A stretch of DNA of 13,136 nt from Bdellovibrionia bacterium (GTDB lineage: Bacteria; Bdellovibrionota; UBA1018): NCBI GenBank assembly GCA_045805065.1, contig JBJMMA010000137.1:1-13136 (forward strand). Direction: 5' to 3'. Below the pieces are notes generated by a model. The model did no database searches. It saw only the letters and a list, made by a program, of their open reading frames with translations, and was not told where the DNA came from. The translations under genes were made by a program, and so were the position numbers. The first letter of the stretch is position 1, and every line of letters starts with the position of its first letter. Positions 7,199 to 13,136 of the stretch are shown piece by piece.

Positions 7199-7231
7199 GC
7201 AAATGAAACGCATTGAGATCGCATTTTGATC
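7199..7231. repeat. Three imperfect tandem 11-bp repeats, candidate enhancer (UAS)
   Basis: GCAAATGAAAC / GCATTGAGATC / GCATTTTGATC, located about -137 to -169 from the predicted sRNA start. Confidence 0.45.
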
Positions 7232-7250
7232 GATCACTGCTTCGGAGCCA

Positions 7251-7280
7251 CCGTTTCGGATCCGCCATAATCCGAAACGG
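7251..7280 (-). terminator. Hairpin downstream of the 7325-7876 gene (terminator or 3' stabiliser; no U tract)
   Basis: CCGTTTCGGAT-N8-ATCCGAAACGG, a perfect 11-bp stem 45 nt after the stop codon. Confidence 0.55.
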
Positions 7281-7324
7281 CATCTACATCGAGGAGAGGA
7301 GAGAGAGTTGGGCAGAAGAACGCT

Positions 7325-7876
7325 TTAAAATACTGAACGACCCACCGAAACCTGAGGGGCTTGAGACTGACCGGCATCCACCAATCCTCCGCTCCCCAGG
7401 CCTGAGCCATTTAAACTATCTGAAATACCAGCCACCTTGGTTTGACCCTGCGAAACAGCGCCACACCAAACCGTCGGTAGATTCACCGAAGGCTGATAGA
7501 CATCGTAGAAAGTCATCGGAAGGACGTTGCAGCCTGAAGAATCGAAATGAAAACTGGGATTAAAGCCTGCCGTCCCGACCGCTCCCGGAAGTTGGCCATG
7601 ACCATCCCAGACCGGGGTCCCTGCCGGAATCCCCGCCAGCATCTGAGACTGAATCTGGTTGAAAAGAGCGTTCATAGGCAAAATATTATTCGGGCTTTGA
7701 AAGGTATTGAGGATGCTGGCAACGTTCACGGAGCCTGGCAGATTGGCGTACTGACCAAAGGCTGCCGCAAGCCCGCGCGTGGCCTGGCGATGAGTCTTTG
7801 CCAGGTGATGCTGTGGAACCGCCACAATAGCCAGAGCGAGAGTCACTAGAGAAATCTGCGCTGCTTTGGTTTTCAT
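7325..7876 (-). CDS. Hypothetical exported protein
   Basis: 183 aa, AGGAG RBS, N-terminal basic+hydrophobic signal (MKTKAAQISLVTLALAIVAV), two Cys, Gly/Ser/Gln/Asn rich, own sigma54 promoter. No family recognised. Confidence 0.8.
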   Translation of the reverse strand: MKTKAAQISLVTLALAIVAVPQHHLAKTHRQATRGLAAAFGQYANLPGSVNVASILNTFQSPNNILPMNALFNQIQSQMLAGIPAGTPVWDGHGQLPGAVGTAGFNPSFHFDSSGCNVLPMTFYDVYQPSVNLPTVWCGAVSQGQTKVAGISDSLNGSGLGSGGLVDAGQSQAPQVSVGRSVF

Positions 7877-7942
7877 GACTGCTCCTGTTTTATTCTGACT
7901 GCGGGGTCGGCCTGAGTGGCCTGACTGAGTCGCGCCCCTTTG

Positions 7943-7958
7943 AGCAAGGCATGTGCCG
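7943..7958 (-). promoter_or_regulatory. sigma54 (RpoN) -24/-12 promoter
   Basis: Minus strand CGGCACA-TGCC-TTGCT, near consensus with exact spacing; predicted +1 about 7932, 56 nt upstream of the ATG. Confidence 0.8.
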
Positions 7959-7982
7959 CGTCAGAAACGAAGATGAGCCCAT

Positions 7983-8001
7983 TAAGTCAGTGAATGACTT
8001 A
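7983..8001. promoter_or_regulatory. Palindrome, possible IHF-like or transcription factor site
   Basis: TAAGTCA-GTGAA-TGACTTA at about -51 to -69 of the sigma54 promoter; partial match to IHF YAANNNNTTGATW. Confidence 0.45.
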
Positions 8002-8028
8002 GCGCCAATTCGCACTCCCCCTTTCCTC

Positions 8029-8049
8029 CCTGTCTAAAGATTGGACAGG
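8029..8049. promoter_or_regulatory. Candidate enhancer-binding-protein site (UAS)
   Basis: CCTGTCTAA-AGA-TTGGACAGG inverted repeat (TGTC-N9-GACA core) at about -97 to -117 of the sigma54 promoter. Confidence 0.55.
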
Positions 8050-8131
8050 CACTCGACCAGTTTACGCCATGCGTCACGCCCTAATCCCTACCTTTCTCCG
8101 CCTGCTATGCGTTACACTTTAAGAATCCGAT

Positions 8132-10243
8132 ATGATGCGTAAAAACGACAAAGGCCAAGTCTCGCTCATGGTCGCCATCATGATGATGACGTTCCTGTTT
8201 TTCTTTTGCTTTGTCGTGAACGTCGGGATGCTCGTCAACGCCAAGATCCAGCTTCAAAATGCCGCGGATCTCGCGGCCTATGCGGGCGCAGCCACTCAGG
8301 CGCGCATTCTCAATCGCATCTCGTTTCTGAACTATGAGATGCGCCGGAACTATAAGAAGTTTCTGTTCCGCTATTATGTGATGGGAAATCGAGCTCAGAA
8401 GAATTTCCCCAAGACAGCCACCGGGACCAAGCCCCAAACACCTAACTTTTGGGCTCCAAACCCAGGTGCGCCAGGTGCACCCAATTTTAACGTCCCCGCC
8501 GTTTGCTTGATCTTTCAAAGCAATGACAACTACTGCCAGGTAAACGTCAATCCTAAGATTGAAATCCCTCCTCCCAGCAGCTTTGACATGATCAACGATG
8601 CGTTGAGAAACCAATTGGTCCAATTGGAAAACTTGCGCCAAAAGAACTGCGGAAAAATCGCGGCAACGAATCTCTATGCGCTGGTCCTTTGGCTTTACAA
8701 TGGGGACCCGAACATCAATCCGGACTTTGGATTGGGAAGCGACCCTGACTTGGCGAAAACCCAAGTACTGGTGGATATGCTGGTCAAAGGGCTGGGATTG
8801 GTCCCTCGCGAGCTTCTCCTTCGCCAACGAATTGAAACGCTTAAAGGCTATTTGAACGAGCCCGCCTCCAACAAATCCGGCGTGACCAAAGACACCGTTG
8901 AGAACTATTTGAAATCCGGGGATCCGCATCGGTACGAAAGAACGATCCAGGCTTTCAATAGCGCATTTTACACTCTGGGCGATCACACCTTCTCAAAAGA
9001 TGGGATCGTCATGGATGAGCTTCAGGCGGATAAGCAAATCGAGCTTCACAATAACAGCGTGAGATTTGATACCTGGGCGATCTATTTTGACGACGCCCCT
9101 CCTCCTCCCCCGGGCACCGACCCTTCGAAAGTCGGGAGCGACTGCGTTCCGCACCTGGTTCCTCAAACCATGATGTCGGATGCGATCGTGGGAGTAGCAA
9201 AAGACCCGTCGGTTCTCACCTACTACGCCGTAAGACTCAAAGCGAAAGCCAAACTCCTGTTCAACCCTTGGGGAGCCGATGGGCTTGAATTGAAAGCCTA
9301 TGCCGCGGCTCAACCCTTTGGAAGCCGGATCGGCCCAAACATCAACTCAGATGGCTGGGTGAGAAAGGCACTTCCTCCGGATACCCTGATCTCCTCGCTG
9401 ATCAACATCACGAACAATGTGATGGTGGGACAGGTTCCAAATCTTCCGATCGCAGAGGACGACTCCCTGGAGAACGGCTGGAACACTCGGGAAGTCTTAG
9501 GCTTGCTCGAATCCACCGGATTTCCACCTAAGGGAGGAGGGGTCAATACGATCGACGAAACGGACCTCGCCAAAGCCTATCAATTGGCGATGGCTCCTAA
9601 TCCTTACGAACAGAAGCTCTACAACATTCCCAATGACCTGGCTGACTACGACCCGAATTCCCGCTTTTCACCTGGGATGTTTGATGGGACACGAGCAGCC
9701 CTTTTATGGGCGCCGCTTGCGCCACCTGACAGCCCAGGCGATCTGGACGCCCAGCTCAAGAGCGCAATTAATGACCTCTTCCATGAGGTCAATCCCAAGA
9801 CGACTCAGATGAAGGATGCTCTGAAAGCCCAGCTCAGCAACTATGTCGGCGGGCTTAAGGGGGCTGACCCGGTTGCATGCGGCGCAGAAAAACTAGCTCG
9901 TGGCTTGGACGACAGTGATTGTGAAAGCTTTAACATGGTGCGCATCACTAATCCCCTGCGGCCTCGTCAGGCATCGGGCGGCAGTAGCTCGGATCTTCTC
10001 AAGCTCCCCGCTTGGTTTATGCCGCAGGAGGCAAAGGACGTTTTAACGTCCTGGAATTCTCCAAACGATCCACCTCCGAAAAGTGACGCAGGCCGTCTTG
10101 GATATAGCGTGAAATACATCTCTTTTGATTCGCTTAAAAACAAAAAAGTGCAACCGGACTCAAAAACCGGCACCCAGCTTGCCAACCCTCCAGGCGCTGG
10201 CGATGATGAAGCCAATATCGATATGAGCTCGATTCAACACTGA
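8132..10243 (+). CDS. Tad-domain (TadG-like) pseudopilin/adhesin with large extracytoplasmic region
   Basis: N-terminal prepilin-like KNDKG|QVSLM plus hydrophobic helix, followed by the Tad-domain signature KIQLQNAADLAAYAGA. 703 aa, several Cys, Pro-rich loops. Confidence 0.85.
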   Translation: MMRKNDKGQVSLMVAIMMMTFLFFFCFVVNVGMLVNAKIQLQNAADLAAYAGAATQARILNRISFLNYEMRRNYKKFLFRYYVMGNRAQKNFPKTATGTKPQTPNFWAPNPGAPGAPNFNVPAVCLIFQSNDNYCQVNVNPKIEIPPPSSFDMINDALRNQLVQLENLRQKNCGKIAATNLYALVLWLYNGDPNINPDFGLGSDPDLAKTQVLVDMLVKGLGLVPRELLLRQRIETLKGYLNEPASNKSGVTKDTVENYLKSGDPHRYERTIQAFNSAFYTLGDHTFSKDGIVMDELQADKQIELHNNSVRFDTWAIYFDDAPPPPPGTDPSKVGSDCVPHLVPQTMMSDAIVGVAKDPSVLTYYAVRLKAKAKLLFNPWGADGLELKAYAAAQPFGSRIGPNINSDGWVRKALPPDTLISSLINITNNVMVGQVPNLPIAEDDSLENGWNTREVLGLLESTGFPPKGGGVNTIDETDLAKAYQLAMAPNPYEQKLYNIPNDLADYDPNSRFSPGMFDGTRAALLWAPLAPPDSPGDLDAQLKSAINDLFHEVNPKTTQMKDALKAQLSNYVGGLKGADPVACGAEKLARGLDDSDCESFNMVRITNPLRPRQASGGSSSDLLKLPAWFMPQEAKDVLTSWNSPNDPPPKSDAGRLGYSVKYISFDSLKNKKVQPDSKTGTQLANPPGAGDDEANIDMSSIQH

Positions 10244-10273
10244 AATCGCGATGATTTTGCATTGCAAAGCCAG

Positions 10274-10282
10274 TGTTACTAT
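10274..10282 (+). promoter_or_regulatory. Possible extended -10 promoter for the histone-like gene
   Basis: TG-T-TACTAT matches TGnTAnnnT; GGAG RBS at 10333-10336. Confidence 0.4.
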
Positions 10283-10346
10283 GGCTATTTCGATTAAGGC
10301 GTCATCAACTTTTTACTTATTTTGATCAAAACGGAGAATCTCAACC

Positions 10347-10763
10347 ATGGCTCGTAAAGCCGCAAAAAAAGCACCTGCAAAAAAGGCAAAGAAAGCTGCT
10401 CCAAAAGCTGCAAAGAAGTCCGCTAAAAAAGCGACCCAAAAGTCTTCAAAGAAGGCAGCTCCAAAGGCAAAGAAAGCAACCAAGAAAGCTGCTCCAAAGA
10501 AAGCCAGCAAGAAGGCTGCTCCAAAAGCAAAGAAAGCTACGAAGAAAGCTGCTCCAAAAAAGGCTGCCACTAAGAAGGCCGCTCCAAGAAAGCCAGCAGC
10601 TCCTAAGGCTCAAGCTTCAGTTGCTCAGCAACAACAACCTGCTGCGAACAACTTCGGTACGGCAGCTTCTGGATTCGCAGGCGGTCTCGCCGGCGGCGCC
10701 ATGGGCTCTGCTTTCGGTTACGGCGGAAGCCGCAACTACGGCAGCGACGAATCCGAAGAATAA
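10347..10763 (+). CDS. Histone H1-like Lys/Ala/Pro-repeat basic protein
   Basis: About 85 residues of KKAAPKAKKAT-type repeats (Hc2/AlgP/BpH1-like composition), GGAG RBS, own terminator, highly expressed-type codons (GCT, AAA/AAG, CCA). Confidence 0.88.
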   Translation: MARKAAKKAPAKKAKKAAPKAAKKSAKKATQKSSKKAAPKAKKATKKAAPKKASKKAAPKAKKATKKAAPKKAATKKAAPRKPAAPKAQASVAQQQQPAANNFGTAASGFAGGLAGGAMGSAFGYGGSRNYGSDESEE

Positions 10764-10785
10764 TCTTCGCTAGCTAAAAACTCAA

Positions 10786-10842
10786 AGAGAAGGCTCCTGG
10801 CGCGATCTTGCATTTGATCTGTGCGGAGCCTTTTCTACTTTT
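10786..10842 (+). terminator. Long-stem intrinsic terminator after the histone-like gene
   Basis: AGAGAAGGCTCC...GCGC-GATC-loop-GATC-T-GTGC...GGAGCCTTTTCT followed by ACTTTT. Confidence 0.7.
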
Positions 10843-10864
10843 AGACCTTTCAGAAAAGATCCCC

Positions 10865-12196
10865 ATGGAAATCAGAGACGTCATTCACGGATCCATTGCC
10901 ATTGAGCCAGGCGAACACGCAGTCATCGACTCGCGCTACTTTCAGCGCCTGCGCGCCATCAAGCAACTGGGCTTTGGAGAGTTCTCTTTTCCAAGTGCAA
11001 CACATAACCGCTACATCCACAGCCTGGGAGCCATGAATACGGCAAGCCTTGCACTGGATGTGATCCTGGGCGGAAAAAACGGAAGAGTCCGTCCTGATTG
11101 TTACGCGCGCTTTCGCGCCGTCACTCGCCTCGCCGCTCTTCTTCATGACGTGGGCCACGGACCTTTGTCGCACACAAGCGAGATTGCGATGCCGGAAGTT
11201 CGCGACCTTGCCGTTCCAGGCTCAAAAGCCAAAGGCCGCAAAGCCACGCATGAAGACTACACTCTCAAGATTCTTTTAGACTCCGGCCTGACTCCGATTT
11301 TGGAGAAATCCGGTGCGCCTTTTGGCTTCAAGCCCATCCACATTGCTTCGCTCATTGAGCCAGAGCTCAAGATCGAGGATGATTTCTTCATCGAAAAGAT
11401 CAACGGAGAGGATGTCGATTTTTCACCCATCCTCAAACAATTGATCTCCAGTGAGCTCGATGCGGACCGGATGGATTATCTCCGCCGCGATAGCCTCCAT
11501 GCTGGCGTCAGTTACGGCCAGTTTGATTTTGACTGGCTCGTGAGCAACCTCACCTCTCACGTCAAGAACGGCAAATGCTATCTCGCGCTTCAGCATCGCG
11601 CGCTCTACACGTTTGAAGACTTTCTGATCTCGCGCTTTCACATGTTCCTGATGGTTTACTTCCATCACAAGAGCATCGTGTATGATTCGATGCTGGGGCA
11701 GTATTTCAAGAGCGAGGATTGTGATTACTTCCTGCCTGCTGATATCGAGAGCTATTGCGAATCCAACGATGCTCAGCTCTATGCGCACTTGGCAAAGAGC
11801 TCCAACGAGTGGGCACGAAGAATCACCGAAAAGCGCCCATATCGGATGCTGATGGAGCTTCATAGCGGGATTCCTGCGACGAAAACTGCAACACTTGAGC
11901 AGCAGCGCCTGCTTGCCCGCACTCAAAAAGACCTTCAGCAGCAGGACATTCACTTTCTCATCAGTGAATCCATGGGAGATCTCTCCAAGTATTTCAGAAA
12001 GCCTGGCGATCCGATCTTTGTCCGCTACGACAATCTTTACAGCGCCCCTGGATTTATTCCACTTGAGCAGTGTACGGATCTTTTCGAAAAATACAGCGAG
12101 AGCCGCAAGATCACTCGCCTTTACGTGTCACCGGAGAACTACCCTCTCTGCCGCAATAAAGGGCGCGAGGAGCCTCTTCGTTACGAAGACGGTTGA
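10865..12196 (+). CDS. HD-domain phosphohydrolase, SAMHD1/dNTP triphosphohydrolase-like
   Basis: IRDVIHG, FQRLRAIKQLG, ATHNRYIHSLG, ALLHDVGHGPLSH, LDADRMDYLRRDS, VYFH. Start set at ATG 10865 because the track's TTG lies inside the upstream terminator. Confidence 0.93.
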   Translation: MEIRDVIHGSIAIEPGEHAVIDSRYFQRLRAIKQLGFGEFSFPSATHNRYIHSLGAMNTASLALDVILGGKNGRVRPDCYARFRAVTRLAALLHDVGHGPLSHTSEIAMPEVRDLAVPGSKAKGRKATHEDYTLKILLDSGLTPILEKSGAPFGFKPIHIASLIEPELKIEDDFFIEKINGEDVDFSPILKQLISSELDADRMDYLRRDSLHAGVSYGQFDFDWLVSNLTSHVKNGKCYLALQHRALYTFEDFLISRFHMFLMVYFHHKSIVYDSMLGQYFKSEDCDYFLPADIESYCESNDAQLYAHLAKSSNEWARRITEKRPYRMLMELHSGIPATKTATLEQQRLLARTQKDLQQQDIHFLISESMGDLSKYFRKPGDPIFVRYDNLYSAPGFIPLEQCTDLFEKYSESRKITRLYVSPENYPLCRNKGREEPLRYEDG

Positions 12197-12249
12197 AGGC
12201 AAAAATCCGATTTACCTACAATTTGTTTATTTTTGACTTGAAGGCAAAA
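12193..12249 (+). repeat. 12-bp direct repeat TTGAAGGCAAAA (two copies, 45-bp period)
   Basis: Copies at 12193-12204 (overlapping the HD gene stop) and 12238-12249, with an AT-rich spacer. Confidence 0.7.
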
Positions 12250-12364
12250 CAATCGCTATCTCTAAGTCTTTGAATTAACTCGCCTTCGACTCGCGCTTGC
12301 CGCGCCCATTTCCTGCTCTCTCAAAGTGACAACCCATTCCCTTTCAGTTAAAAGAGACAAATCT

Positions 12365-12580
12365 ATGGAATCGAAGCAGTTTGAAACACTCATACTAGCC
12401 ATCACCGGCCTGCGGAATGAGATGAAGTCTGAACTTAGGCGCATTGAAACAAAAATGGACACAGGGTTTGCTGATGTCCGCAAAGACCTCAAAGTAATCC
12501 GTGAGCAAGTTGCTCAAACGCACGTCGAGGATACAAGCCTCAAAGGGCGCGTTTATCAACTTGAAGGCCCACGCGCCTAA
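12365..12580 (+). CDS. Small coiled-coil hypothetical protein (71 aa)
   Basis: MESKQFETLILAITGLRNEMKSELRRIETKMDTGFADVRKDLKVIREQV...LKGRVYQLE shows heptad periodicity; purine-rich AAGAGA upstream; converges on the next gene with a 2-nt gap. Confidence 0.7.
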   Translation: MESKQFETLILAITGLRNEMKSELRRIETKMDTGFADVRKDLKVIREQVAQTHVEDTSLKGRVYQLEGPRA

Positions 12581-12582
12581 AC

Positions 12583-13136
12583 TCAGCCCGTTCTGCGCTG
12601 ATCGCCAGACTCTTTCCATTTAATGGAGCAACCCATCGAAGGAACCTGCTCCTGCGAGTACTGGCGTCCAGCCAGGATATCTTCGATCGCTTCAGAAAGA
12701 TCACGACGCTTCACTTGCGACTCATCTTTCCAGTTGTCATCCAAGCGTCCGCGATAGCGAAGCACGAACCGATCACGGTCTCTCTCTCGCTCCGTCTCCT
12801 GATCGGCTTCGCGAAACTCTTCAGCCAGAGAGTTTTCAAAGACAAAGAAATCCGGCGTGCAAACCGCGCCGTAAGCACGAGCCACTTCCTGAGTCTCATC
12901 CCAAAGATAAGGGAACTCGTAGTGCTGCTCGGCGACTTCTTTCTTCATCGCCTCAAAGCTATCGTCTGGATAGCGGACGGAGTCGTTGGAGTTGATGCCG
13001 ATGACCTGGACTTTATGGTTCTTGTAGTCTTTAGCCAGCTGGTTAATGCGGCCCCGGACGGCTTTGACATAAGGGCAGTGGTTGCACATGAAGACCACAA
13101 CCAAGACTTTGGCGTAACGGAAATCGCTCAAATGCT
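12583..13136 (-). CDS. Thioredoxin-like / AhpC-TSA family redoxin, 5'-truncated by window edge
   Basis: FMCNHCPYVK, INSND...YPDDS, FPYLWDETQEVARAYGAVCTPDFF, YRGRLDD, SMGCSIKWK. Confidence 0.93.
   Translation of the reverse strand, partial: HLSDFRYAKVLVVVFMCNHCPYVKAVRGRINQLAKDYKNHKVQVIGINSNDSVRYPDDSFEAMKKEVAEQHYEFPYLWDETQEVARAYGAVCTPDFFVFENSLAEEFREADQETERERDRDRFVLRYRGRLDDNWKDESQVKRRDLSEAIEDILAGRQYSQEQVPSMGCSIKWKESGDQRRTG

Noticed and set aside
6938..7237. 100-codon N-terminal extension of lipA in the ORF track
   Set aside because: No LipA-like sequence; the stretch contains a sigma70 promoter, an intrinsic terminator and a sigma54 promoter on the same strand.
8107..8142. 11-codon upstream ORF overlapping the Tad gene start, and a sigma28-like CCGATA at about 8127-8132
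   Set aside because: No RBS for the uORF; no correctly spaced sigma28 -35 element, and the motif abuts the start codon.
8105..8986. 293-aa minus-strand ORF antisense to the Tad gene, and other short overlapping ORFs in the track
   Set aside because: Fully overlap better-supported genes; no motifs or translation signals.
10360..10600. Repeated AAGAAAGCTGCTCCAAA-like units as a possible CRISPR or non-coding tandem array
   Set aside because: Variation falls at synonymous positions and there are no unique spacers; these are coding repeats.
10273..10773. Alternative-frame Q/R/L/K ORF and antisense F/A-rich ORF over the histone-like gene
   Set aside because: By-products of the repetitive AKP coding sequence; only the 10347 frame has an RBS and coherent composition.

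Overview
A mostly housekeeping bacterial chromosomal window, roughly 50-55% GC by eye. Gene content suggests a Bdellovibrionota/deltaproteobacteria-like organism, which is inference only. The left half is a minus-strand lipoylation / 2-oxoacid dehydrogenase cluster: lipA, E2 acyltransferase, E3 (lpdA), then a PAP2 phosphatase and an oppositely oriented, signal-peptide-bearing pyroglutamyl peptidase, then lipB. LipB overlaps a CREST/ceramidase-like membrane hydrolase gene that the ORF track missed because it runs off the left edge. The right half holds a sigma54-driven exported hypothetical protein, a divergent orphan TadG-like pseudopilin, a histone H1-like Lys/Ala/Pro protein, a SAMHD1-like HD phosphohydrolase, a small coiled-coil protein and a partial thioredoxin-like protein. 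The most striking unexplained structure is in the intergenic region 6988-7310. It appears to be a complete ~75-nt sigma54-dependent small RNA gene on the minus strand: -24/-12 promoter, upstream tandem repeats, 5' hairpin with an AGGAA loop, single-stranded anti-Shine-Dalgarno CU tract, and intrinsic terminator. It is hidden under the over-extended lipA ORF. A second CU-tract-plus-hairpin module lies in the 3' UTR of the neighbouring sigma54 gene. No mobile elements, tRNA/rRNA or CRISPR arrays were seen.
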